DNA of 64,000 nucleotides from an uncultured Solirubrobacterales bacterium (GCA_963709135.1 CAVPVI010000019.1:300534-364533); one strand, 5' to 3'; positions 51,871-62,212 are shown, counted from the first letter of the stretch. A program made the numbers and translations. The notes: generated from the sequence alone by a model not told the origin.

Positions 51871-52518
51871 TCAGCGGGTCAGGTAGCGCGCCACGGCCAG
51901 AACGCGGCGGTGGTCATCCTCGCTTGATGTGAGCCCGAGCTGGTCGTAAATCCGCGAGATGTGCTGCACGACCGCCTTCTCGGTGATCACCAGCCGGCGG
52001 GCGACACCGGCGTTCGACCGTCCCTCGGCGATCAGCCCGAGCACCTCGCTCTGGCGCGGGGTGAGCCGGTCGAGCGCGTGATCGTCGCGGCGTGCGCGGG
52101 CGAGCATCGCCGCAACGACCTCCGAGTCGAGCACCGTGCCCCCGGCCGCCACCCGCTCGAGGTCCGCACAGAAGCTCCGCCCGTCGGCGACCCGCTGCTT
52201 GAGCAGATAGCCGACGCTGCCGGCGCCGTCGGAAACCAGCTCCTGCGCGTACTGGCGGTTGACATGCTGGGAGAGGATCATCACCGGCAGCCCGGGTCGT
52301 GCGCGGCGGATCGCCAGCGCCGCCCGCAGCCCGTCGTCGGCATGGCCCGGCGGCATGCGGATGTCGGTGATCACCAGGTCGGGCGCATGCTCGGCCACGA
52401 GGCCCGCGAGCGCGGTCGCCTGCGCGGTGCTGGCGGCCACCTCGATCCCCGCCGAGCCGAGGACGAGCTCGAGGCCCTCCCGCAGGAGGGCCTCGTCCTC
52501 GCCGATCACAACCCGCAC
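51871..52518 (-). CDS. NarL/LuxR-family response regulator
   Basis: ED..LLREGL, TDIRMPP, GYLLK.RV, LT.RQ.EVL.LIAEGRSN. Confidence 0.95.
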   Translation of the reverse strand: MRVVIGEDEALLREGLELVLGSAGIEVAASTAQATALAGLVAEHAPDLVITDIRMPPGHADDGLRAALAIRRARPGLPVMILSQHVNRQYAQELVSDGAGSVGYLLKQRVADGRSFCADLERVAAGGTVLDSEVVAAMLARARRDDHALDRLTPRQSEVLGLIAEGRSNAGVARRLVITEKAVVQHISRIYDQLGLTSSEDDHRRVLAVARYLTR

Positions 52519-54344
52519 GGGACCTCCGCCGTGATCACGGTTCCGTGACCCAACTCGCTCTCGACCCGCAAGCGCCCGCCGAGCACGTCGAGGCGGTCGG
52601 CGATCCCGCGCAGCCCCGACCCCCCGGTGAGTGCCGCGCCACCGATGCCGTTGTCACGCACCGTGATCGCGAGGTGACCGTTGACGCGTCCGACGCACAC
52701 CGCCAACTCCCGCGCACGCGAATGCTTGACCGCGTTGGTCAACGCCTCGGCGACAACGAAGTAGCCGGTGCGCTGAACCTCATCGGGCAGCGGCTCCTCG
52801 CCACCGGACAGCTCCAGGCGGGTCGGGACCGGCAACCGGTCGACGAGATCCGCCGTGGCGGCGTACAGGCCACGCTCGATCAGCAACGACGGCATCACCC
52901 CCTGGACGAGGCCGCGCAGCTCGGCCGCGGCTGCCTCGAGGCCGCCGCGCAGCCCGTCGGCCGCGGCCCGCACCTCGGGGTCTGACCCGGCCTGCTCCAG
53001 TTGTGCCGCCTGGATCCCGAGCAGCACCAGCCGCCCCTGGAGCCCGTCGTGGAGATCTTGTGCGATCTGGCGCCGCTCCCGGTCGGCCGCCTCGACGATC
53101 CGCGCACGGGACTCGCGCACAGCGTCGCGGCTGGCACGCAGCTCAGCAGTCAAACGCTCGCGCTCGAGGGCCAGCGCGATCACTCGGCCGGCCGCGCGCA
53201 CGAGCTCGGGCTCGGCGATCAGGACCGCGTCGTAAATGATCGCCCCGACCAGCTCACCGCTCGACTCGACCTCGACCACCCCCCGATCTGACCCCGTCCG
53301 AGGCAGCGGAAACGAGAAGCCGGTCGCGTCGACGTACCGCCCGCCGTCCGGCAGCCAGAATACCAACTCCACACTCTCGTCACCAAGCGCTCGCGCGAGC
53401 GCGTCCCGCAGCGTGGGCCGGCCGCCCTCGGCGGCGCCGAGCCACATGCCCAGCTCCTCGATCTGTCCGCTCCGCACGAACCGCCCGCGGAGCATGCCCA
53501 GGGAGAAGACCACGGGAATCACACCGAACGCCGAGATCTGCAGGACGAACACCGTGACCGGTCCAATGCCGAACACAGGCGGTAGGACGTTGGCCGCCAG
53601 TTCGAGGAACAGGATCGTGGCGATCCCATAGCCGTAGAGTGCCGCGAGCATCAACCGCGCGGCCGGAGTCGCCGAGCGCAAGCGCAGCCCAAGAAGCACT
53701 GCCGACGCGACCAGAACGACCGCGCCGGCCGAATGCTGGACGACTCGGCCGAGATCGGCAAGCTCCTGGCTGGGGGTGATCTCGAGCAGCCCGTACGCCC
53801 CGGGCAGCCTGGCGAACAGGTACTGGGGCGCTTCGAAGACGACAGTGACGACGTAGCCGGCAAAGACCAGCCGACGTGCGACGATGCCGTTCAGCCGCCC
53901 CGAGGGGAACGCGAGCAACATGTGCAGGATCACCGCGATCGGGAGCTGGCCGAGGATCAGACCAACCAGCGCCGGAGCCGTCTCGACGCCGTTCTGCAGA
54001 TCCGCCACCAGCAGCGTGATCCCACATGCCGACAACAGCAGCCCGATCCGGTTAGTCGGCCGCCAGACGAAGGCGACCAGACCGGTGGCGATGAATTCGA
54101 GGCCGACGGCAACGAACAGCACGAGCACCCACACCGGGCCGCTGCCCGCCCGGACCGTCGAGGCCAGCGCAACCCCGGCCAGCGCGAGCGACAGCACCGC
54201 GACGAGCACCAGAGCACCATGAAGGGCCTGACCGTGCCATGCGGTCTTCGCGCGCCGCCGACTCGGCGTCCCCCGAAGGTCCATCCTGCGCCGAATCCTA
54301 CCGCGGGCCTTCGGCGCCGGGCCCGGTTCGGCGCGCCCCGCCAC
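52506..54344 (-). CDS. Membrane sensor histidine kinase (HisKA_3)
   Basis: About 7 TM segments, ERRQIAQDLHDG, EALTNAVKHS, DNGIGGA, GSGL; start uncertain. Confidence 0.93.
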   Translation of the reverse strand: MAGRAEPGPAPKARGRIRRRMDLRGTPSRRRAKTAWHGQALHGALVLVAVLSLALAGVALASTVRAGSGPVWVLVLFVAVGLEFIATGLVAFVWRPTNRIGLLLSACGITLLVADLQNGVETAPALVGLILGQLPIAVILHMLLAFPSGRLNGIVARRLVFAGYVVTVVFEAPQYLFARLPGAYGLLEITPSQELADLGRVVQHSAGAVVLVASAVLLGLRLRSATPAARLMLAALYGYGIATILFLELAANVLPPVFGIGPVTVFVLQISAFGVIPVVFSLGMLRGRFVRSGQIEELGMWLGAAEGGRPTLRDALARALGDESVELVFWLPDGGRYVDATGFSFPLPRTGSDRGVVEVESSGELVGAIIYDAVLIAEPELVRAAGRVIALALERERLTAELRASRDAVRESRARIVEAADRERRQIAQDLHDGLQGRLVLLGIQAAQLEQAGSDPEVRAAADGLRGGLEAAAAELRGLVQGVMPSLLIERGLYAATADLVDRLPVPTRLELSGGEEPLPDEVQRTGYFVVAEALTNAVKHSRARELAVCVGRVNGHLAITVRDNGIGGAALTGGSGLRGIADRLDVLGGRLRVESELGHGTVITAEVPCGL

Positions 54345-54384
54345 GGGTCGCGCCCGATGGGGTCCAGGGGGACCGCTTGGTTAG

Positions 54385-54690
54385 GGTTAGGCATCGGGCC
54401 GGTTCTGCAAGCCGTCTCAGGCGCCCCGGATTCGGCGACAAGCGGGCCTCGGCCGCCAGTCGGGCCGGAACCCGTTCGTCGCCAAACGGAGCAGCGAGTG
54501 CTTGCAGACTTCTTGCAAGCACTCTGGTCGAAGCGGGCCGATTCGGACGATCGCGTCCCCTTTCCCCCGGGCGAGCTGGCGGCGCGCCAGGCGCGTGCGG
54601 CTCACAGCCCCTTTGCTGAAGCGGCTGTCGGCCAGGTGCTTGCTGATCGCCCGAGACCGGCTGGCCAGCAAGCGCACCAGGGTCCCGTGA
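54385..54690 (-). repeat. Repeat family R, copy 4
   Basis: taggcatcggg..ggttctgca.gccgtctc and gctgaag.gg.tgtcg.cca.g.gcttgctgatcgcc are inverted matches to copy 3. Confidence 0.8.
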
Positions 54691-55084
54691 CGGCGCGCAG
54701 AATCGCCGAGGTACGTAGGAACATCCGCCGTGGTCAGGCCCGGTCCCACGATCGCCTTTGCGATCGCCGGCCGCGAACCGCCTAGGACGTCAAAGCAATC
54801 CCGGCAGTAGTTCCAGCTGCACGAACGCGCTGGCGGCGCACCAGTCGCCGCCCCCGACCGACTCGATGCGCTTCGGGTGCTAGCTGGAGCGCGGTTCGCC
54901 AGCTAACTTCGGGCAGATCCGTCGTGGCTCCTTAAGCGGGCATTGCGGCGGTCTCGCTAGCCGAGTCGAGACGGCCGCTTTTCGGAATCGTGCTTGCAGC
55001 CGAACGGGGTCGCAGGTAGCGATCTCGCCCGCCCTGCTTGCCGTGCGACGCAGAGCGGTGCGGCCGAAGCCACGAAGCACAGTC

Positions 55085-55135
55085 CTGCTTGTCGCCGAAA
55101 CCAGGTCGGACCCGACGGCGTGCAGAATTGCCAAT
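55085..55135 (+). repeat. Repeat family R, short copy 5
   Basis: gtcgccgaaaccagg....gacggcgtgcagaa matches 47689-47726. Confidence 0.65.
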
Positions 55136-55537
55136 TTGCTTACGCAGAGTCGGTCGGCGTTGACCGTGCTGCGGCGCCTTCATCGACGCTCGGCGGCCAC
55201 CGCGCGCAACGACCGATTGATGTCCCGTCAGCATCGCTGGGTTCGCCGAGTGCGCGAGCGTGGAAGCACTCGTCACACGGCTGGCCGTTCGCCGGCGCAG
55301 TCCATGTAGAGCACATGATCACGTTCACGCGCAAGCTCTCACCCGCCCGGCCGCGCGCTGGCGAGCGCGTTCGCAGAAGCGATAGCGGCGCCGCCGGCTC
55401 GCGCGAGCGCCTCGTTAGTCGTTACAACGCTCTAGCAAACGTTGACCGCCGTCGAGAGCGAAGGCGATAGTGCGCCGGTTGGCAGTTCCGTCGCTCGAAG
55501 TGCCCACGCGGCCATCTGCCAGTGGGTCGCGCTGGAT

Positions 55538-55786
55538 CTAGGAATTCGCTCCTGACGTGGCTGCCTCGGAAGAGGCGGGACCAGAGGCTGCCGGGAGTGG
55601 GCGAAAGGAACCCTGATACGAGCCAGCGAGACCGCAGGTCAGCAAGCCAATCACGAACCACCCCCAGCGTCCTTTGGCGAGCGTCGCAGCGCCCATGACG
55701 AACGCGCACAGCACGATGATCGTCCACACGATCAGCCCGATGTTCGGCGCGATCAGATACGTGGAGCTCGAAGCGATCGCGTTCAT
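55538..55786 (-). CDS. Small membrane protein (possibly frameshifted near the C-terminus)
   Basis: Hydrophobic segments, TLAKGRWGWFVIGLL. Confidence 0.6.
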   Translation of the reverse strand: MNAIASSSTYLIAPNIGLIVWTIIVLCAFVMGAATLAKGRWGWFVIGLLTCGLAGSYQGSFRPLPAASGPASSEAATSGANS

Positions 55787-55902
55787 CGGTCACACCGTAT
55801 CCCCGTTGGATCACAGACGCGATCACGCTAGAGCGTCGAACTCCGAGAACGAAAGCACCGGTTGCGCTTCGGTCGATGACACCCGATGCGTCGTCGTCGC
55901 AA

Positions 55903-56042
55903 TGCGCCAAAAGCATCGACGTCGGAGGAGAGCGCCGACACTGTCGCTTTGGCGTCGGTGCTTGCGGCCAGCTGCAGGCACCGGAGCGTCAGGGTCCAGA
56001 GCGACGCCCTCGAATGCGGTCGCCTTGGCGGACGGCAGTCGC
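55903..56042 (+). repeat. Left inverted repeat of the GNAT cassette
   Basis: About 140-bp inverted match to 58355-58496. Confidence 0.9.
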
Positions 56043-56167
56043 CCGCTCCTGGAGCGCAAACGACTGCCGCACCTTCGCGCGACGATGCGGCATGTCCGGA
56101 CGACCCATCGCTCGGTCGGTAACACGGGCGCAACATCGGGCTGGGACCCCGCGGGTACGGTGCGGCC

Positions 56168-57331
56168 GTGGTGACTTCGGTGCAGATCGCAGAGCGTCTG
56201 GATGAGCTTGATCCAATTCTCGGGGAATGGGACCGGCTGGCAGAGATGGAGCGCCAGCCTCTGGCTCGGCCCGGCTGGTTGTTGCCGTGGTGGCGCTCAA
56301 GGGTGCGGGAAGGGTCTTCGCGGCCTGCGCTACGGGTAGTCGTCGTGTGCGATGGCCACGGCTTGGCCGGTCTGGCGCCGCTATTCATCGAGGACCGGCG
56401 GGCCAGGTGGCCGCATTTGCGGTTCCTCGGTCCGCCCGCATTCTGGGGCTGTAGCCCGCTCGTCCGATCCGACGGCGCCGACCGTACGATCAATGCGATG
56501 GCGGCGGCGATCGCTTCGATGCGGCCGCGCCCGAGCGTCCTGTCCTTCGAGTTCCTCGACGATGACTCGCGGTGGCCGGGTGCGATCGTCGAGAGATGGC
56601 CAGGTCGGGGCGCGTGGCTCCGTCGACGTGTGTCCACTCAGGCCGTTGCCGTGAAACTTGAAGGCACGTTCGACGAGTGGGTTCAGACGCGGCGGAGCGA
56701 CTGGCGTGGCGGGTACCGTCGCCGACAGCGGCGGCTCGCAGAGATCGGAGGGGTTGTCCGGCGTCCGCGCTGCGCGCGGGAGGTGGGCCGCTGCCTAGAC
56801 GAGCTCATCCGTCTGCATCACTCCCGCTGGAAGCAAGGGTCGGAGTGGCTCACCCCAGAGGTGCAGCGAACCCTGCAAGAGGCAGCCGAGCGACTGGTCG
56901 CGGACGATGGATTTCGGCTTTGGACGGTCGAGATCGGCGGGCGGGTCATCGGAGCGACCGTGTTTGCGACGGCGGGTGGCGCTGTGACCGCGCTGCTGAC
57001 TGCGTTCGACCCTGAATGGGGCCGATTTGCGCCGGGCCTGAGTTCGATGGTCGCAGGCATCGAAGAGGGGTTTCACCTGGGCGAGAAGTGGGTTGATCTG
57101 GGCTACGGGGACTTCCGCTACAAGCACCAGCTCGCCAACGACGTTCGCCAGATCTCCTCGTACGAGGTGTTTGCCCGCGATTTCCGCTATCCGATGGTTC
57201 GTGCTCATGCGCTGCCACGCCATGCGCACGAGCGTTTCAACCAGGGTCGCGTACGGCTATGTGCACGCAGTCGCCTGGTGAACGCCCGGAAGCGGGTTCT
57301 CGCCCGGATCGACCAGGCCGCGCGCCTGTGA
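56168..57331 (+). CDS. GNAT acetyltransferase, CelD/BcsL (Acetyltransf_6) type
   Basis: EWDRL..P...PGW...WW, L.GLAPL, LH..RW, FDP.W....PG, DLG.G...YK. Confidence 0.88.
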   Translation: MVTSVQIAERLDELDPILGEWDRLAEMERQPLARPGWLLPWWRSRVREGSSRPALRVVVVCDGHGLAGLAPLFIEDRRARWPHLRFLGPPAFWGCSPLVRSDGADRTINAMAAAIASMRPRPSVLSFEFLDDDSRWPGAIVERWPGRGAWLRRRVSTQAVAVKLEGTFDEWVQTRRSDWRGGYRRRQRRLAEIGGVVRRPRCAREVGRCLDELIRLHHSRWKQGSEWLTPEVQRTLQEAAERLVADDGFRLWTVEIGGRVIGATVFATAGGAVTALLTAFDPEWGRFAPGLSSMVAGIEEGFHLGEKWVDLGYGDFRYKHQLANDVRQISSYEVFARDFRYPMVRAHALPRHAHERFNQGRVRLCARSRLVNARKRVLARIDQAARL

Positions 57332-58215
57332 TCGCGTTCGACAGCCCCGTTCGCTACGGAGGCCCATGGTTCCAAGCGGCTAGCGCGCTTCCTGTCGAAG
57401 GCGGACTCGGCAGCCCACGCCGGTTGGGGCGCCTACTGGGAGCGGCTGCGTCGCGGCCGCAGCGAGCGATCGCGTTGATCGTGCTGCTGCTCAGATCACC
57501 GAGACTGGACGTGGCGCTCTCAGATTCCGCCGCGGGTCAGGCGCTGCGCGGGCACCTCAACGCGCGGTTTCTCGGCATTCTCCCGCAGAATCGGCTATGT
57601 CAGGGGGTATTGATTCTGCCCGAGGATCACGCAACCTATCTGCAGGGTCGCTGCCGTCGAGCCCTTCGGAACAACTTGCGACGTGCCGAAGCCGCCGGCA
57701 TCGAGTGTGGGATCGTCACAGACCCGGCCGATGCGATCCGTGCGGTCGCGGCCGTGCTGCGGCGGCGTCAGGCCCCGGTCACGGCGGAGGATCGGGCGAC
57801 TCTCACCGACGTGTGGCCCGCACTGTTCGACCGGCCAGAGGTCACCCTGCTCATGGCGCGCGACCGCGAAGGCAGCCCGGTGGCCGTCGCGGCCGTCGTT
57901 GCCGACGATGAGGTCTGTCTCATCCGACTGGCCATTGCGAGCAGTCACGAGGCGCGTTGGGCGCTTCACCACCACCTGGTGCGTACCCTCATTGCCCGTA
58001 GCGTCAAATGCGTAGTTTCGAGCTGCGAAGGCCCGTTCGGAGCACTCGGGCTACCACGCGAGGTGCAGTACTACCAGCATCTGCTCGGCTACGACCTGTG
58101 CCACATCGCTCCGCAAGCCACCCCCGGTTACAGCACAAGGCTTGGCCCGAACACGCGCTTACTCGACCTACGTCGTCGGCGGCGCATCCGTAGCGCCGCT
58201 CAAACTCCAGGCTGA
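57328..58215 (+). CDS. FemAB/GNAT-fold-like protein
   Basis: YL.GR.RRALRNNLRRA...GI; GTGA overlap with the upstream gene. Confidence 0.7.
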   Translation: MIAFDSPVRYGGPWFQAASALPVEGGLGSPRRLGRLLGAAASRPQRAIALIVLLLRSPRLDVALSDSAAGQALRGHLNARFLGILPQNRLCQGVLILPEDHATYLQGRCRRALRNNLRRAEAAGIECGIVTDPADAIRAVAAVLRRRQAPVTAEDRATLTDVWPALFDRPEVTLLMARDREGSPVAVAAVVADDEVCLIRLAIASSHEARWALHHHLVRTLIARSVKCVVSSCEGPFGALGLPREVQYYQHLLGYDLCHIAPQATPGYSTRLGPNTRLLDLRRRRRIRSAAQTPG

Positions 58216-58354
58216 TAGTGCCGGGCGATCATCACATTGACCGACTCGCCATCACCGGCAATGCATTCGGAATCGGTACGCGCGCGGCTCTGTCCCACAA
58301 ACGCCGACCGTCGGGCCGCGAGGTCGGAAAACCCCAGTCGACCGAAGCGCGAGA

Positions 58355-58496
58355 GCGACCGCCTGTCCGCCACCCCGACCGCATTCGAGGGCGTCGCACT
58401 GGACCCTGACGCTCCGGTGCTTGCAGGCGGGCAGCAAGCACCGACGCCGAAGCGACAGTGTCGGCCGGCTCGTCCGGTGTCGATGCTTCTGGCGCA
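58355..58496 (-). repeat. Right inverted repeat of the GNAT cassette
   Basis: Inverted copy of 55903-56042. Confidence 0.9.
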
Positions 58497-58803
58497 AACC
58501 GACGACCTCGGCGCGACTCGAGACGTCGTCGAGCGCGCGTTCGGATTCGGCGATGCCGCGGCGGCCTGGCCGCGTGGGCGCATGTGCCGTCAGCATCGGA
58601 ACCGAAGACTCTCGGGGCTCAGCCCCGGAGCGAACTACTCCGGCACCAGCCACATGCAAGCGTCCGCCGACACGAGCGGCCGACACGAGCGGACAATGCT
58701 GTTCGGCGCCCGCGAGACGGGTGCTTCAGTTAGGGTGTCCGGCACCTTGCACCGACGTTGGTGAGCTGAAGGGCTCGATGGCTGAATTGAAGAGGAGATT
58801 CGC

Positions 58804-59067
58804 ATGGCCTCATTTCGCACCGTGTTGGAAGCGACGGGCGGTAACAACGTCGGTATCGTCGTTCCTGAGGAGACGGTTTTGTCCTTCGATCGCGGCAAGC
58901 GTGTGCCTGTGATCGTGACGATCGACGGCGGATATACGTACAAGACGACGGTTGGGGTCATGGGTGGCCGCTACCTCGTTTCGTTCAACGCCGAAACCCG
59001 AAAGCACACTGGCCGAGGGGCGGGCGACGAGATCGACGTCGAGCTGGTCCTCGACACGGATCGCTAG
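58804..59067 (+). CDS. DUF1905 domain protein
   Basis: GIVVP, RVPV.VTIDG.Y.Y.TT...MGG, R...G..AGD.I.V.L..D; RBS gaggag. Confidence 0.85.
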   Translation: MASFRTVLEATGGNNVGIVVPEETVLSFDRGKRVPVIVTIDGGYTYKTTVGVMGGRYLVSFNAETRKHTGRGAGDEIDVELVLDTDR

Positions 59068-59552
59068 ACGCCACGCCGGGCCCAAGCCGGGATAGGCGTC
59101 ATGACGGGCGCCTGTCGCATCGATCGAGAAGCGGAAGCCGCCGAGCGTGGCTGGTCCGCCGCTGAAGCAGCAGCGCCGGCTGGTCGCCTCGTCGCTCGCC
59201 GTACCTATGCAAATGGGCGCTTCTGCACGCCCGCGAGTCAGCTGTGCTTCCGGCGATGAGGAGGGCTGCGCTTTCTGGTTTCGCGCCGCGTCGTTCTTCG
59301 CTCGCCTGACCGGTGCGCGGGCGAAATCGCTAGCCGCGATCCTGTTCGGCTGCAAGCACGAGGCGGAAAGCGTCGTCTCCGCCCGGTCGGGCAGATCACT
59401 AATCACTGCAACGCCGCTTAATTAAGGGGCTGTGACGATTCCGCGTGGAATTAGCTGACGCGGCGCCCCCGAGCAAGCAGCGCAGAGGTGCGTGTCAGCC
59501 GAGGGCCGGCCCGTGTGATGCCACGAATGCACTCGTGAGCGCGAGCTGAACG

Positions 59553-59655
59553 GGACGATCGCCTTCGCGTGCAAGCCATAGCGACTCGGCCGCTGGCCGC
59601 GAGGTGCGCCGGCACCCGCCGGCCCGCTATCCCTCTCACGCGATAGGCATCGTCC
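59553..59655. repeat. 102-bp fold-back module, copy 2
   Basis: Direct repeat of 47309-47410; the upstream gccacgaatgc.ctcgt is also shared. Confidence 0.88.
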
Positions 59656-60088
59656 GCCTACGAGCCGTCGCACGATCGCTACCCGTCGAACGCCATCGTG
59701 CCGATGCGGCGGCCGTGGCTGCCAGGAGCACCGGGTCATCCCCCCGCGCGGACAGACGCGCAGCCTGAACTGCAGGCGCGAGGTCCAGGAGGCAGACAGC
59801 GAACCCGTCAAGCCCGGGTGCGGACGGGGCAGCGGCGACCTCGATGGCCGGGACGGGATCACCACACAGCAACAGGTGGCGGCCGGACGCCTGCAGCTGG
59901 ATCGCCCGGCTCACGGCCAGCTCGGCTGTTTGCTGGCGCCACACTCGCGTCATCGCGGTGGGAGGCGTTGTCAGCTGCAACAGCTCGACGCACTCAACCG
60001 TCCCAGCCAGGTCTGGCTCGACCAGCGTGCGAACCGTCGACTTCCCAACGCCGCTCGCACCGGTGATCAGCAGCAACATGACGGCCAC
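59636..60088 (-). pseudogene. P-loop nucleotide-kinase-like protein, 3'-truncated
   Basis: LLITGASGVGKST, RL..RGDD, then runs into repeat DNA. Confidence 0.65.
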
Positions 60089-60219
60089 GATCCTAAAGGG
60101 GGTGCGGCCGCATCCTGGGTCTTCCCGCTCTGAGCTCGGAGTTCCGCTGCTGCTCCCTCAGCGCCGCGAGCGGAAGCCGGTCTCTCACGTCTGGAGCGGC
60201 GACAATCCAGCAGTCGGCC

Positions 60220-60624
60220 TCAGGCTTGCATGAGCGCGGCCGGAGGGTGCGCGAGTCCTTTTGAGATCAGGAGGTCGCGCTCGTCGCAGCTCGCGAGTTG
60301 TGCACCGAGCCGCTCGGCTGCGGCAACGTACGCAGCGTCGTACGCGCTGAGCGTATGCGCTGCGGCAAACTCAGCCGTTCGCTGCGCGAGCGCTTGATCG
60401 ACCCGAACGAGCGCTCCGAATTCCGCGATCGCCCATATGCGCTCCAGCAACCGCTCAGCTGCCGCCGGATCGCAGCAGCGGACCGTGGCGACGTTCGTCG
60501 TTTCGTAGACGGCGAGATCGAGCGTCGCCAACGCGCCGACCGTGAGCAATGCGACCGCGGCGCTGTGGTGAGCGTCGTCGCTGTCCTCGGCAGCGAGCAG
60601 CACGCTCGCGTCGAGAAAGATCAC
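60220..60624 (-). CDS. vapC: PIN-domain VapC toxin
   Basis: FLDASVLL, YETTN, SAYDAAYVA.A, LASCD. Confidence 0.9.
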   Translation of the reverse strand: MIFLDASVLLAAEDSDDAHHSAAVALLTVGALATLDLAVYETTNVATVRCCDPAAAERLLERIWAIAEFGALVRVDQALAQRTAEFAAAHTLSAYDAAYVAAAERLGAQLASCDERDLLISKGLAHPPAALMQA

Positions 60625-60845
60625 GACCGCCGGCCGGCCTTCAGCTCACGAACGGAGGTGCCGCCGTGCCCGGTCGCGTGGCCCTCGAGTGCGCGCATCC
60701 GCTCCGCGAGCTGCCGCTCGCGCTCGCCAAGCCCCGCCTCGGCGAGCTCGCGGAGCGTTGCGCTTCTGGTCGTCCCTCGCTCGCTCGCGTGAGCATCCAC
60801 GAGCGCGAGGAACTCGTCAGGAAGAGAGATCATCACCTTCGCCAT
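60621..60845 (-). CDS. RHH antitoxin (VapB-like)
   Basis: KVMISLPDE.L..VD..A...G.TRS..LR; overlaps the vapC start. Confidence 0.85.
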   Translation of the reverse strand: MAKVMISLPDEFLALVDAHASERGTTRSATLRELAEAGLGERERQLAERMRALEGHATGHGGTSVRELKAGRRS

Positions 60846-61279
60846 GCCAGTCAGTATACCCGGTATTACCGGACCGTCCTCGCGACACGCGGGCTTCCCA
60901 AGTCCCAGTTTCCCACGGCAGGGCAGCAGCCAACGCGATCGTGGCTCAAACGGCGACGAAGCGGTAGTGGTCACCGACCACTCACGCGATCGTGTGCTTG
61001 CTCGGTCGCTGCGAGCACGCCAGCACCGCGAACCCGCGGACCTTGCTTTGGCGCGCTCGTGTCCGCGGGGCAGTTTCAGGAACCAAAGCGACCAGCATGG
61101 TCCGGCGCTCCCCACAAAGCGGCGTGACGGCGGCATCGCGCCAACGCACGCGCCGGTTCAGATGTGGGCGATCCCACCGAGTGGAGAGCCGCTCCTCTGA
61201 CTGTCTCGCCCGGCGCGTGCCGGTGGCCGGTAATGGCGATGGATGACGTGCAGCGCTCGGTTTCGCGCTGTGCGAGAGC

Positions 61280-61311
61280 TTGACAACGTCTGATGTAACC
61301 ATTATGGTTAC
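61280..61311 (+). promoter_or_regulatory. Sigma70-type promoter overlapped by an Rrf2 operator
   Basis: TTGACA-N17-TATGGT; palindrome GTAACCAT-T-ATGGTTAC (61295-61311). Confidence 0.75.
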
Positions 61312-61345
61312 GATGCATGCCAAGCGTTTTGAAAGGACAAGACAG

Positions 61346-62191
61346 ATGACCGACCTCAGTTACGACACGCTCCTCGCCCGCCGAGAAGGACTCACCCGGG
61401 ACCTACCGCCGGGAGACAACGAGGATCTGCGCTGGGTGACGAACTCGGCCACCCTGATCTTCGGCGACCGGGATGCCGTGCTCGTGGACACGTTCACGAC
61501 GATCGAGCAGAACGAGACCCTCGTTCAGTGGGTCAAGGACCATGACCGACGGCTCACCCACATCTACCTGACCCACGGGCACGGCGACCACGTCTACGGG
61601 ATCGGACAGGTCCTGACCGCGTTCCCCGGCGCTCGTGCCATCGCGACTGCAGGCACCCTCGCCGAGGCACGGCTCCAAGCCCAAGCCGAATACCGCGACG
61701 ACTTCTGGGGCCGGCTGTTCCCCGGTCAGATCCCCGAGCCCGTCCTGCCCGAACTCCTTGACAGCGACCGGTTCGCTCTGGAGGGCCACGACTTGCAGGT
61801 CGTGCAGGCAGGACACACCGACACGCAAGGCACGACCGCGCTCTGGGTCCCTGACCTGCGGCTGGTCATCAGCGGCGACGTCGCCTATAACAACACGCAC
61901 ATGTATCTCGCCGAGACAACCAGGGAAACCCGCAGCGAATGGATCGCCGCCCTGCAGAAGCTCAAGTCCCTCGGCCCCGCCCACGTGATCGTCGGTCACA
62001 AAGACCCCGCCCGCGACGACGACCCAAGCAACATCGACGACTCGATCCAGTACCTCACCGACTTCAACAACGCCGAACTGCGCTCCACCACACCGCTCGA
62101 GCTGTACGAGAGCATGCTCACGCTCCACCCGCGTCGAGCGAACCCGGGCGCCCTATGGGGCGCCGCGAAACTGGCCAAGGGCGGAGCATGA
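61346..62191 (+). CDS. Metallo-beta-lactamase-fold hydrolase
   Basis: VLVD, THGHGDH, GHTD, SGD, GH; RBS gaaagga. Confidence 0.92.
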   Translation: MTDLSYDTLLARREGLTRDLPPGDNEDLRWVTNSATLIFGDRDAVLVDTFTTIEQNETLVQWVKDHDRRLTHIYLTHGHGDHVYGIGQVLTAFPGARAIATAGTLAEARLQAQAEYRDDFWGRLFPGQIPEPVLPELLDSDRFALEGHDLQVVQAGHTDTQGTTALWVPDLRLVISGDVAYNNTHMYLAETTRETRSEWIAALQKLKSLGPAHVIVGHKDPARDDDPSNIDDSIQYLTDFNNAELRSTTPLELYESMLTLHPRRANPGALWGAAKLAKGGA

Positions 62192-62212
62192 AGCCGGCAG
62201 GGACCTGATCCA

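Noticed and set aside
31895-60845. Classical integron (IntI plus attC)
   Set aside because: The recombinases lack the IntI insertion and N-terminal domain; genes lie in both orientations; I saw no regular RYYYAAC/GTTRRRY attC after genes
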